From Candidatus Saccharimonadota bacterium (GTDB taxonomy: Bacteria; Patescibacteriota; Saccharimonadia; Saccharimonadales; SLHW01): a stretch of DNA of 64,000 nucleotides. Position numbers and translations under genes: made by a program. Of the stretch, positions 38,812 to 48,001 are shown piece by piece (positions within the stretch are counted from its first letter, which is position 1; each line of letters begins with the position of its first letter). Location of the stretch: contig JAGXIU010000002.1 in assembly GCA_024635455.1 (NCBI GenBank), positions 236,309 through 300,308 on the forward strand, given 5' to 3'. Below the pieces are notes generated by a model. It did not search any database. It had not been told where the DNA came from and worked only from the letters and a program-made list of their open reading frames with translations.

Positions 38812-40663
38812 GCTGTTTATTCTTGCGGAAGCTTTGCCAAGCCCCATGTGCACGCAAGGCGTTTATGATGACCACAATGTCTACAACTTCTTGAATAAAC
38901 GCACCCTGCAGAGGACTAAAGCGACCGCTCCAGAATATAACCATCAAGCCGATACTTAGGAAGATACCTATTAATATACTTTGCCGTGCGATTGCAAACG
39001 TACGATTAGCAATCTCTACACTGTCAGCCACCTTGCTGACATCATCTTGCATTATTACTACATCTGCAGATTCACTTGCTGCCGTCGATCCGCGTGCTCC
39101 CAAAGCTATTCCGATATCAGCAGTAGTAAGTACTGGAGCATCGTTTACTCCGTCACCGACAAAACCAACTGGCTGATGCTCGGCGCGCTCTATAGCGAGG
39201 ATTTTATCTGCTGGTAAGCATTCGGCTTTGACGGTTTCAATACCAAGCTTTTTGGCAATTTTGTGAGCAACAGCAGATGAGTCACCAGTTACCATCATAG
39301 TGTGGGCGATACCAGATTTATTGATGCGCTGGAGCATAGACTTAGCTTCTGGTCGTATTTTGTCAGAGAACGATATGCTACCAGCTAATTTGTTGTCGAA
39401 TGATATGAAGGTAGTAGTTGTATCAACTTGTGTCTTTATGCTTTCTGGTATGTCTACACCGACAGAGTCCAAGAATGATAGTCGGCCAATAGCAATAGTT
39501 TTACCATTCATTCGTCCAGTCAAGCCGTTACCAGCGGTTTCTCTGACATGTTTGGCTTTAGTTACTGACAAGTGCTTGTTCTTTGCATGCTCTACGACCG
39601 CTTTCGCCAGTATGTGAGTGGAGCTTTGCTCTAGGGCTGCCGCATAGGTTAATATATCGCTTTTTGTGAAACCTTTGTGTGCTATGACTGACTCAACTTT
39701 AGGAGTACCCAACGTGAGCGTACCAGTTTTATCAAACGCCATAGTGTTGATGTTGGCGAGGCGCTCCATTGCTGATCCGGTGCGCACGATGATACCGTGC
39801 TTAGCAGCTCGACTCATGCCAGATATGAGGGCAATCGGTGCACCTAATATGAGTGGGCATGGTGTCGCTACGACAAGCACCATCAGGAAGCGAATCGGGT
39901 CGCCTGAAACAACCCAGGCAGAGGTGGCAATAATATAGGCAACAATAGTGAAGGGAACTGCAAAACGGTCTGCCATACGAATAAACGGCGCCTTACTGGC
40001 GTTGGCAGATTGTACGAGCTTAATAATCTGTTCGTATTGGCTGTTGGCAGCTGTTTGGGTTGCTTCAACAGTAAGCTCGCCATCAATGTTAATTGAGCCA
40101 CTAAGAACTTTGTAACCATTTTTAGCGACGACGGGTAAGCTTTCCCCAGTTAGGCTCGATTCGTCAACACTTGATTCACCTTCTGCCACGATACCGTCTA
40201 CTGGAATAACTTCGCCAGGTAGAATCACCAGTCGGTCTTTGACCTTTATCTTTGTGACGCTAATGTCCTCACGTTTACCACTTTTTATTATGTGTGCCTT
40301 ATGAGGCTTGCGTTCAATCAAGGAGGTTAGTTCAGTTTTCGCACGTTTTTCAGCATAGTCTTCTAGGGCTTCACCGCCTGTGAGCATCAAGACTATCACC
40401 ATACCTGCCCAATATTCACCAAGTATGACTGAAGTTAAGATTGCAGTGGCTGCTAATATATCAATACCAACACTACCCTCGCGTAATGTTCGTACCATAT
40501 CGATAAGCAAGAACACCAGCATAATACTGGCAGCAACACCAAGTACCCAGTTTGTAGCAGTCTGTTCGCCGCTAATCTGTAGACCTAGCGCAATGGTAAT
40601 CGCGGTTAATGTAAATGCCAATTGTCGGTATTCCCGAAAGAATACTTTGATGTTCTGTAGCAT
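38786..40663 (-). CDS. Heavy-metal-type P1B ATPase without N-terminal metal-binding domain
   Basis: DKTGTLT, TGES, MVTGDS, GDGVNDAP, and TM6 motif ATPCP. Confidence 0.88.
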   Translation of the reverse strand: MLQNIKVFFREYRQLAFTLTAITIALGLQISGEQTATNWVLGVAASIMLVFLLIDMVRTLREGSVGIDILAATAILTSVILGEYWAGMVIVLMLTGGEALEDYAEKRAKTELTSLIERKPHKAHIIKSGKREDISVTKIKVKDRLVILPGEVIPVDGIVAEGESSVDESSLTGESLPVVAKNGYKVLSGSINIDGELTVEATQTAANSQYEQIIKLVQSANASKAPFIRMADRFAVPFTIVAYIIATSAWVVSGDPIRFLMVLVVATPCPLILGAPIALISGMSRAAKHGIIVRTGSAMERLANINTMAFDKTGTLTLGTPKVESVIAHKGFTKSDILTYAAALEQSSTHILAKAVVEHAKNKHLSVTKAKHVRETAGNGLTGRMNGKTIAIGRLSFLDSVGVDIPESIKTQVDTTTTFISFDNKLAGSISFSDKIRPEAKSMLQRINKSGIAHTMMVTGDSSAVAHKIAKKLGIETVKAECLPADKILAIERAEHQPVGFVGDGVNDAPVLTTADIGIALGARGSTAASESADVVIMQDDVSKVADSVEIANRTFAIARQSILIGIFLSIGLMVIFWSGRFSPLQGAFIQEVVDIVVIINALRAHGAWQSFRKNKQLKQQVAAQ

Positions 40664-40750
40664 GCTGTCTCCCTATTTTTTGCTAGTTTATTCACATGAT
40701 AGTATAACAAAAACTAGAGTTGATACACACTATCGGGTAGAGCAACCGGA

Positions 40751-42091
40751 TTAGTTATCGGAAGACGTGAGATACACGGTGCCATTTGTGCTGACATGCG
40801 CGGCAGGCACTGCATATAATCGCTTGTCGCGCAGAAGATAAAGGCTTCGTTCTTCTTCGCATTCGTCCGGGCAGAATGTGGCTATAAATGTACCGATATC
40901 CTCAAACGTACCTTCGTGGTAACTCAAGTAGTACGAGCCGCTTCTACGTAAGAGTGTGTTTCCTGGGGCAGTCCATCGAGGTCTTTGGACTAGTTCGTAT
41001 ACACCGGTGAGCCGATCGTCACCATCAGCGACGTTAAGCATGGTGAGTATGGAGCCGTCCACTCCGGGGGCAAACCATTGGATGTTTGGTTTCGAGTATC
41101 TGTTGCTATTCTCAGCTTCATTAGTTTTACTGTAGCCAAATACTGGCCAGCTGTGATCTTCGTCAATCTCGTATACTCGAAGATACGTATGTTCGTTGGT
41201 GGAGTAATCCGGCATAGTTGCTCGGTAATAGACCGATCCATCTCGTACGAACATATCATATGGGGCGTGTGTATCGGCTTCTGGTAGACGTGATTTAACC
41301 AAAACTTCTTCACCATTACTGATGCGATTGACATACAGGTGATCCCGCATACCACCTTCTCCGCTGGTGAACCAATACAGTTCGTCTCGTGTGGTATCTG
41401 TATCAACGATTTGAATTCCACCCATGGTTTCTCTATGCGTAAACAGCTCTGTCATTGATTGTTCGCCAATATTGTAGCGAGACACGGTAAATTTATAACT
41501 TTCAAAGTATCCCTGGCTTTCGGTTGTTTCGCGGTTTCGCACGAGAAAGCCGCTACTGTCGCTCAGCCATACCAGTTGGTTGTTTGTGGTTGGTTCTGCG
41601 GCTGGAGGAATAACTTCCTTAAAATCCAGCGGCTCAGCAGTCTCTGCAAGATATACTGCTTCACCATCGATTTTTGCCACGTAGCGACCATCTTCTGACA
41701 CCTTGAAGTCTCGCAAGCTTGCCGAATCATCGTAGGTCTCAAAAGAGTTGGTTTCTTGGTTAAATAAATCTACGACGGCGTGAGTGCCACCTTCCGGAGG
41801 AGTAGTGTAGACCACTCGGTATAACTGGCTCCCGTCAGTAACATCAAGGTTAAGTGGCTCTGTACTTTCTAGGGGTTCTTCTTTTTGGGGCGTTGCAGAT
41901 TGCTGTTCTCCTGTATCGCCGAGGTTATCGTTCTGTGTATACAGCCAGAAACCTAGACCAGCTACGACTACTACCAGCAGTCCGTATATAAGATTTTTGC
42001 TTCGTTTTATCTTTTGAGTGGTAGGCTTTTTCGCCTCATCAATGCTGTTCTTGTCCTGTTGTGTCGTTGGTCTTTTTAAAAAAAACTTCAC
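40751..42091 (-). CDS. Hypothetical anchored extracytoplasmic protein
   Basis: 446 aa with one N-terminal TM (LIYGLLVVVVAGLGFWLY). The rest is beta-rich. No motif recognised. Confidence 0.5.
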   Translation of the reverse strand: MKFFLKRPTTQQDKNSIDEAKKPTTQKIKRSKNLIYGLLVVVVAGLGFWLYTQNDNLGDTGEQQSATPQKEEPLESTEPLNLDVTDGSQLYRVVYTTPPEGGTHAVVDLFNQETNSFETYDDSASLRDFKVSEDGRYVAKIDGEAVYLAETAEPLDFKEVIPPAAEPTTNNQLVWLSDSSGFLVRNRETTESQGYFESYKFTVSRYNIGEQSMTELFTHRETMGGIQIVDTDTTRDELYWFTSGEGGMRDHLYVNRISNGEEVLVKSRLPEADTHAPYDMFVRDGSVYYRATMPDYSTNEHTYLRVYEIDEDHSWPVFGYSKTNEAENSNRYSKPNIQWFAPGVDGSILTMLNVADGDDRLTGVYELVQRPRWTAPGNTLLRRSGSYYLSYHEGTFEDIGTFIATFCPDECEEERSLYLLRDKRLYAVPAAHVSTNGTVYLTSSDN

Positions 42092-42257
42092 GAGTTCCTG
42101 CCTTTTATCATTAGCTATAGCGTTATATGTATAATATTATAACAATAAAAACATAAAAAAGCAAATCTGTGCTGTACAATACTCGAGTTATAAAGACTAA
42201 AGACCGCTGTCGTTATAAGTGGCCGGTTTAGAGCCAAGGCTCTATGAAATAACCTTG

Positions 42258-43091
42258 CTACATCTTTCGTCGGCGGACAAGTGAGCCGCCGGCAGCAACC
42301 ATGGTGCTACCGCCAAGGGCAAGAGCCAATGCACCGATACCTGTAGCTGGCAATTCTTTTTGAGGCTCGGCCGACCCTACAGGTATATCCACCTCATCTT
42401 CTTCCTCGACAGTAGCATCTGTTTCGGTTGGTTGTTCCTCGCGCATTTCTGGCTCAGGTTCAGCTTCTTCTGGAGATTCGACGGGCTCTTCTGGGGTTTC
42501 AATTGGAGATTCTGGTGCGGTTTCTGCTTTGCATTTCGTAAAGTCAACCTTACTACTGTTCAGCTCTGCCAGCAGTTGGTTTTTGCCGGTATCAACCCAC
42601 TCATAGCGGGCAATTTGCGGAAGGCTAGTAACGGTTACTGACTTGCTTTCACCGGGCTCAAGATTTAGCTGGTAGATGACATCAGGGTTATATTCTGGCG
42701 AGTCGGCGTCTGGTCCGCCATGTGGGGCAATCCTGCTCTGAAGACCGCTCTCATCTAGGTCATTACTGTCGTCGGAAGCTTTAACGGTGAATTCCCACGT
42801 GTCCTCAGTGACGCATCTCTTGACTACATCTATAGATGTACCCGGACGTATCTCCGCTTCCAGGGGTGCTTCTTCGGGCATTTCAACTTTTAAAGTTTCA
42901 GCTTGGTTCTCTTTGTCCGGGCCGTCAGTTTGCGCATTTATACTTTCAGTGACAGGGCTTTCTTTTTCTAGCGTGGGAGCTTCCGCGGCACCAAGCAGGC
43001 TTAGAGTAGCTACGCCAACTACGAGTGATTTGTATCTACGTTGCGGCGATAGGTCATAGTGTGATGCTGGATTATTTTCTGACTTCTCCAT
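42258..43091 (-). CDS. LPXTG-anchored surface protein
   Basis: The C-terminus is LPATG, a hydrophobic stretch, then RRRKM. Acidic P/E-rich stalk. Start chosen at the ATG after GAGGA. Confidence 0.8.
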   Translation of the reverse strand: MEKSENNPASHYDLSPQRRYKSLVVGVATLSLLGAAEAPTLEKESPVTESINAQTDGPDKENQAETLKVEMPEEAPLEAEIRPGTSIDVVKRCVTEDTWEFTVKASDDSNDLDESGLQSRIAPHGGPDADSPEYNPDVIYQLNLEPGESKSVTVTSLPQIARYEWVDTGKNQLLAELNSSKVDFTKCKAETAPESPIETPEEPVESPEEAEPEPEMREEQPTETDATVEEEDEVDIPVGSAEPQKELPATGIGALALALGGSTMVAAGGSLVRRRKM

Positions 43092-43211
43092 TATATTTGT
43101 CCTCAAGCCTACTTCATTACTTTGTATGTGAAACTACCATATATCCAAAAAATTAATACATTAGATCATTATCTTGAGGAGATCCGAATAGTCTTTAAGA
43201 AGTAAATTTTA

Positions 43212-43289
43212 TGGGGCGAGTGATGGGTCTCGAACCCACGGCCTCCTGGACCACAACCAGGCGCTCTAACCAACTGAGCTACACCCGCC
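43212..43289 (-). tRNA. tRNA-His (anticodon GUG) with encoded G-1 and CCA
   Basis: G GCGGGTG TA GCTC AGTTGGTTA GAGC G CCTGG TTGTGGT CCAGG AGGCC GTGGG TTCGAGA CCCAT CACTCGC C CCA. Confidence 0.9.
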
Positions 43290-43376
43290 ATATTCTTAAA
43301 GATTTGTACGTTGGTCTTACACTGTATCTCATTGGCTAGAGCGCCTAAAGCGCCATTACTATTCCTGACCTATCGG

Positions 43377-43399
43377 TCGCCAACTGAGATACATCCGCC
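43377..43399 (-). repeat. Duplicated 5' fragment of tRNA-His (pseudo-tRNA piece)
   Basis: The minus strand reads AATATGGCGGATGTATCTCAGTTGGCGA, against AATATGGCGGGTGTAGCTCAGTTGGTTA at the true gene. An inverted partner GTATCTCATTGG lies at 43324-43335. Confidence 0.6.
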
Positions 43400-43678
43400 A
43401 TATTGTTATCAGAAAACAGGGGTAATTATATCGTGTTTTATGCTCTGCCGCAACAGCCCTATAGAAGTCATAAAATCACTAGAGAACGTACGCGCAGGAT
43501 ATGTTTCTGAAGTGCAAATATGTCGATAGCTTGGACTGGATGACATTCTTAATCTACTAATGATGCTCAAAGCAAGTTTCTGTGCGTGATGCTCAATCCC
43601 CAAACTTGCCTGAGGGGTTGAACCTCGCCCACGCGAGCACCCATAGAAAAAGTCGGCCACAAGTGCCGACTTTTTCTA

Positions 43679-43695
43679 TGGTACCCCGGGAGGGA
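43679..43695 (-). repeat. Direct repeat of the tRNA-Arg(UCU) 3' end
   Basis: TGGTACCCCGGGAGGGA is identical to 43862-43878. It is followed (minus sense) by the hairpin CCATAGAAAAAGTCGGC...GCCGACTTTTTCTATGG. Confidence 0.9.
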
Positions 43696-43823
43696 TGACA
43701 TCGTTGCTTCTGCGCTGTTACTCGGAGCGAGCTCCTGCGTGACAGCTTGTATCACCGAACCACCCGACTACTATCTTTGCCTTCGGCAAATCCAGGTCGG
43801 TGAACCGAATCCTACTCGACACT
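43696..43823 (-). repeat. T-arm-mimic structured module, copy Arg(UCU)
   Basis: The minus strand reads GGATTCGGTTCACCGACC, TTTGCC GAA GGCAAA, GTCGGGTGGTTCGG, then CACGCAGGAGCTCGCTCCGAGTAAC. Confidence 0.6.
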
Positions 43824-43861
43824 CCAAATAAAAAGCCGGTCATTTAGACCGGTTTTTTATT
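43824..43861 (-). terminator. Terminator hairpin starting at the tRNA-Arg CCA
   Basis: CCAAATAAAAAACCGGTC TAAAT GACCGGCTTTTTATTTGG (minus sense). Confidence 0.8.
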
Positions 43862-43939
43862 TGGTACCCCGGGAGGGATTCGAACCCCCGACCTAATGGT
43901 TAGAACCCACTTGCTCTAATCCAACTGAGCTACCGGGGC
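43862..43939 (-). tRNA. tRNA-Arg (anticodon UCU), CCA encoded
   Basis: GCCCCGG TA GCTC AGTTGGATTA GAGC A AGTGG GTTCTAA CCATT AGGTC GGGGG TTCGAAT CCCTC CCGGGGT A CCA. Confidence 0.9.
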
Positions 43940-44003
43940 ATAATTGTCATAAGAAAACGGTACAAAAATGTGTTGTCTTTTCATCTGTTGTGCTTACACA
44001 GAA

Positions 44004-44078
44004 TGGTGCGAGAGGAGGGAATCGAACCCTCATCGCCTGCTTGGAAGGCAGGCATATTAGCCGTTATACGACTCTCGC
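44004..44078 (-). tRNA. tRNA-Gly (anticodon UCC), CCA encoded
   Basis: GCGAGAG ... CCTGC CTTCCAA GCAGG CGAT GAGGG TTCGATT CCCTC CTCTCGC A CCA. Confidence 0.88.
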
Positions 44079-44170
44079 AGGTGAACAGAAAGATTATATC
44101 AGATTACGCAGTAAGATTTAATTTGACTTGCGCTCTCAGTTATACTGTAGATATAAAAAGGAGAGTTACT

Positions 44171-44485
44171 ATGCGTTTAATAAGTTTTACAACCAATCTA
44201 ATTAATGTATTTGTCAGCACCGTACTTACGGTACTTGGCCTTCGTTTTATACTCCGCCTGTTCGGCGCCAACGATACAGCAGGGTTTGTTTCATGGGTGT
44301 ATGAGATGAGTGCAGTGTTGCTTGAGCCGTTTCGTGGAATATTCCCCACTCAAACATTCGAAAATCAGTTCGTATTCGAGTTTTCGACTTTGTTCGCAAT
44401 GATTGTGTATGGCTTGCTCGGATTATTGCTCACTTCTGCGGTAAATACATTAACGCCAGCTACAACCAGCAAACGAAAAAAGTAA
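44171..44485 (+). CDS. YggT-family small membrane protein
   Basis: AAAAAGGAGAG RBS. MRLISFTTNLINVFVSTVLTVLGLRFILRLFGAN. The longer ORF-track start would overlap tRNA-Gly. Confidence 0.65.
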   Translation: MRLISFTTNLINVFVSTVLTVLGLRFILRLFGANDTAGFVSWVYEMSAVLLEPFRGIFPTQTFENQFVFEFSTLFAMIVYGLLGLLLTSAVNTLTPATTSKRKK

Positions 44486-44499
44486 CCTCCCAAAGAGAC

Positions 44500-46032
44500 C
44501 TACAGCTCGTGCATAATCTCGATATCAGCTCCGAGATCGTTTAGCCGGCTAGCGATCTTTTCGTAGCCACGATTTATTGAATAAACGTTTCGTAGCGTGG
44601 AAGTTCCTTTTGCGGCTAACATACCAATGAGCAATATAGCTGCCGGTCGTAGAGCCGGCGGACAGGTTACGTCTCCAGGTGTGAACTTTGTTTTCCCATG
44701 GATGTATACTCGGTGGGCATCGACTAGCTCTACATTCGAGCCAAGCTTACTCATCTCTGTGAAGTAAATAGCGCGGTTTTCATACATCCAATCGTGAATA
44801 AGGGTCGTGCCCTCTGCAACTGAAGCAATTGGTACGAAAAAGGATAGGTTATCAGGCAACAGCCCTGGATATGGCAGCGGGTGAATCTTGTCCTCGAGAG
44901 CAACCAGTAATCCGTTGTGTGGAAAAATAGTTACGTCCGATAGTTTCGTATGGTTATTCTCACTCAAATACTGTTTGCTTCGTTTGATTTTTAACCCCAT
45001 CTTCTCAAGTTTGAGTAGTTCAACCTCGAGAAAGTCTATCGGGCATCGTGCCACAGTAAGCTTTGAGTTGGTGACGACCCCAGCTGTAAGAAAGAACATA
45101 GCGTCAATCGGATCTTCTCCAATGCTATAGGATACATTTTTGCGTATGTTCGCCTTACCCTCGATCACTAAATCAGAAGTGCCAATGCCAGACACCTTGA
45201 CGCCAAGTTTTTTCAGGAAGTGACAAACATCATGGATATTGTAGTTTGAAGAGGCAAGGCGAATCGTACTTGTGCCGGGCATACGAGCCGCCGCGAACAG
45301 GGCGTTTTCGGTTGGCGTCTCGCCCATTTCATATAGCACGGTTTTTGCCGGGCCTGCACTTCGAGATACCTTCATGTGGTAGCGTGCTGTCTTAACAGAG
45401 GTATTCAAGCCGAAGTCCTCTAGCGCGTACATGTGTGCTTGAATCGAGCGCTTGCCAAGTTTACAGCCACCAGCGTAAGGGATTTTGAATTCTTTAAACT
45501 CATGCATCAGCACGCCAGCGAGCATTATTACGCTTCGTGTACGCTTGGCGGCGCTTTCATTTATGTCAGTAATTTTGAGCTTCTCTGGTGGTTTTATTTC
45601 TAGATTACTTCCACCGTACCAACGAACTCTGACGCCCAAACTTTCGAGTACTTCGATAATTCTATAGACTTCTTCAATTTGCGGGACTCGAAGTAATCGA
45701 GTTGTGCCCTTATTGAGCAAGCTTGCGCATAGAAGTGCTACCGCGCTGTTCTTTGCCGTTTTCGTTTCTACTGTTCCAGATAATTTGTGTCCACCCTTGA
45801 CTCTAAGGTTTGTAGCTTGACCACTTACTGTTATGAGTGGTTTTTTTAGTACGTCACTAATTCTCGCTATGGTTTCAAGGCTCATGTTTTGTTTGCCGTT
45901 CTCCATGCGATTCACTGCCGACTGCGAAGTTCCTAATTTGCGTGCAAAGTCAGCTTGCGTGAGGCCACGCTGTTGTCGTACCTGATAAATTAACTGACCT
46001 ATTTTTTCGTTTGTCTTTACCATCTGCGCCAT
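44500..46032 (-). CDS. murA: Fusion protein: N-terminal XRE-type HTH plus UDP-N-acetylglucosamine 1-carboxyvinyltransferase (MurA)
   Basis: The first ~65 aa are an HTH (RGLTQADFARKLGTSQSAVNRMENGKQNMSLETIARISDVL). A MurA core follows (LRVKGGHKLSGTVETKTAKNSAVALL, active-site loop AGGCKLGKRS). Confidence 0.85.
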   Translation of the reverse strand: MAQMVKTNEKIGQLIYQVRQQRGLTQADFARKLGTSQSAVNRMENGKQNMSLETIARISDVLKKPLITVSGQATNLRVKGGHKLSGTVETKTAKNSAVALLCASLLNKGTTRLLRVPQIEEVYRIIEVLESLGVRVRWYGGSNLEIKPPEKLKITDINESAAKRTRSVIMLAGVLMHEFKEFKIPYAGGCKLGKRSIQAHMYALEDFGLNTSVKTARYHMKVSRSAGPAKTVLYEMGETPTENALFAAARMPGTSTIRLASSNYNIHDVCHFLKKLGVKVSGIGTSDLVIEGKANIRKNVSYSIGEDPIDAMFFLTAGVVTNSKLTVARCPIDFLEVELLKLEKMGLKIKRSKQYLSENNHTKLSDVTIFPHNGLLVALEDKIHPLPYPGLLPDNLSFFVPIASVAEGTTLIHDWMYENRAIYFTEMSKLGSNVELVDAHRVYIHGKTKFTPGDVTCPPALRPAAILLIGMLAAKGTSTLRNVYSINRGYEKIASRLNDLGADIEIMHEL

Positions 46033-46126
46033 AATTATATCCCCGAAGATATAAATGTCAAACATTTGATGATACATATTACGAAACTAAAAATATTGCT
46101 ACAATAGAACCAAAGGAGAAAAGCCA

Positions 46127-47407
46127 ATGCGTGACAAAGTTATTGATGAACTAGTAGCTGCCGAGCAGAAGCGTCAGACTGAAACGTTTACATTGATTCC
46201 GAGCGAGAACCACGCCAGCAAACAGGTGCTGGATGTTTTAGGTAGCGTATTTACCGATAAGTACTCAGAAGGCTATCCGGGAAAGCGCTACTATGCCGGG
46301 CAAGAAAACACAGATAAGGTGGAGCAGCTCGCCATTGATAGAGCAAAACAGCTATTCGGTTGTGCTCACGCAAACGTACAATCACATAGTGGCGCTCAAG
46401 CGAATGAAGCGGTCTACCATGCATGGCTCGAGCCCGGTGATACAGTGCTGGCAATGGATCTTGGACACGGAGGGCACCTGACGCATGGTCACCCCGTCAC
46501 CGTGTTAGCCAGACAATATAACTTTATTCGCTACGGCATGAAAGATGTAGATACGGGGGAGATTGATTATGATCAAATTTATAACTTGGCAAAGAAGCAC
46601 AAGCCAAAGATTATTCTTGCAGGCTTTAGCGCCTATCCACGCGAGTTAGATTATCAGAAGTTTAGCGAGATTGGTCATGAAGTGGGTGCTGTTCTCATGG
46701 CTGATATGGCTCATATTGCTGGCTTAATAGCTGGTAGGGCGCTGGCGAATCCATTCGACCACGGCTTTCATATTATGACGTCAACGACGCACAAAACTAT
46801 GCGAGGGCCACGAGGCGGTATGATATTGAGTCAAGGAACAGTCGGCAATCCACTAAAAAAACCAGAAAAGACCATAGATAATCTACCAACTATTATTGAT
46901 AGAACGGTATTTCCTGGCGTACAGGGAGGCCCACAGATGCATGCTGTAGCTGGCAAAGCAGTTGCCTTTCATGAAGCACTTCAGCCAGAGTTTCAGGATT
47001 ACGCCAAGCAAGTAGTGACTAATGCAAAACGGCTGGCTAGTGAGCTCGATGCGCGTGGCTTTCGAATGGTTACGGGAGGAACTGATAACCATCTAATACT
47101 CGTGAACGTCAAGCAATCATTTGATATAGACGGTAATGAAGCAGAAGCAGCACTAGAGAAGGTTGGCCTGATTATGAACAAGAACGCTGTACCTGACGAT
47201 CCATTGCCGCCATTTCGACCAAGTGGTCTTCGCCTCGGAACTCCAGCTATTACTAGTCGTGGTATGAAAGAAGACGATATGACACAAATCGCTGACCTGA
47301 TGCAGTCAGCGATTAAGCATAGAAATGACGATAAGAAGTTAGATCTTCTACGAGCGCACGTTCAAGAGCTTGCTTCAAAGCTGCCATTACCCTCATCTCG
47401 CACTTGA
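46127..47407 (+). CDS. glyA: Serine hydroxymethyltransferase
   Basis: LIPSENH, YSEGYPGKRYY, TTHKTMRGPRGG. Confidence 0.95.
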   Translation: MRDKVIDELVAAEQKRQTETFTLIPSENHASKQVLDVLGSVFTDKYSEGYPGKRYYAGQENTDKVEQLAIDRAKQLFGCAHANVQSHSGAQANEAVYHAWLEPGDTVLAMDLGHGGHLTHGHPVTVLARQYNFIRYGMKDVDTGEIDYDQIYNLAKKHKPKIILAGFSAYPRELDYQKFSEIGHEVGAVLMADMAHIAGLIAGRALANPFDHGFHIMTSTTHKTMRGPRGGMILSQGTVGNPLKKPEKTIDNLPTIIDRTVFPGVQGGPQMHAVAGKAVAFHEALQPEFQDYAKQVVTNAKRLASELDARGFRMVTGGTDNHLILVNVKQSFDIDGNEAEAALEKVGLIMNKNAVPDDPLPPFRPSGLRLGTPAITSRGMKEDDMTQIADLMQSAIKHRNDDKKLDLLRAHVQELASKLPLPSSRT

Positions 47408-47417
47408 ATAACCCAAT

Positions 47418-47957
47418 CTATTCAATATCGTCAAAAAGTAATTTGCCAATAAATACATTTAGATCACTACGCATGTGCGCCTCATGGTCTGAGAGTATTG
47501 AGCCGACAATGGCTTCTGTCGCATCAATAGTTTCCGGGTCATCAATGCCGAGTGTGTGATATTCGCTGAACTCATTAAAGTCGGTTTCTAAAGGCTCATC
47601 GCCAATAGCTATGTTAAGTATTTCTGCGTATATATCGGTACGTAGTATCTCATCAGATTCTACAAGTTCATGGGCAAGCCTCATTTTGTCGTCAAAAGTG
47701 GCGTCATCTTGACCAAAGCCAAATATTATCGCTGTCGTGGTTGCACGTATTAATTCCTCTGAGGCTTTCTTCATACTTTCGACTTGTCCTCGTGACAATG
47801 AATCAGAGGCAAGCGCTTCATCGCCTATCTCTCGCAGGCAATCAGCATAGTTAAGTGATTCTTGGTCAAATAGTAATAGGCTATCGAATAGAGAATTTAG
47901 CTTTTCTGGAGCCTCCTGTTCAAAAAAGTCTCCACCATGTCGTTCATTCATAACCAT
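47418..47957 (-). CDS. Hypothetical acidic protein
   Basis: About 179 aa. No motif recognised. Confidence 0.4.
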   Translation of the reverse strand: MVMNERHGGDFFEQEAPEKLNSLFDSLLLFDQESLNYADCLREIGDEALASDSLSRGQVESMKKASEELIRATTTAIIFGFGQDDATFDDKMRLAHELVESDEILRTDIYAEILNIAIGDEPLETDFNEFSEYHTLGIDDPETIDATEAIVGSILSDHEAHMRSDLNVFIGKLLFDDIE

Positions 47958-48001
47958 AAATTGTAGCAACAATTATGCAGATAAGCACAAGCGTCAATAA
48001 T

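Noticed and set aside
38765-38959. 64-aa plus-strand ORF at the 3' end of the P-type ATPase gene
   Set aside because: It is antisense to the ATPase C-terminus and shows no signals. The convergent overlap of 38173-38811 with the ATPase end (26 nt) is accepted instead.
43560-43640. T-arm-like element (GAGG TTCAACC CCTC) as a possible tmRNA or tRNA 3' domain
   Set aside because: No acceptor stem, no CCA and no partner 5' domain were found. It fits better as another decayed module copy.
43311-43755. ORFs 43311-43529 (plus), 43409-43660 and 43567-43755 (minus)
   Set aside because: They cross tRNA fragments, hairpins and repeats, with no RBS or motif. The region is interpreted as non-coding.
43970-44170. 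N-terminal 67 codons of ORF 43970-44485
   Set aside because: This extension reads across tRNA-Gly on the opposite strand. An internal ATG at 44171 with a strong RBS gives a normal YggT-size protein.
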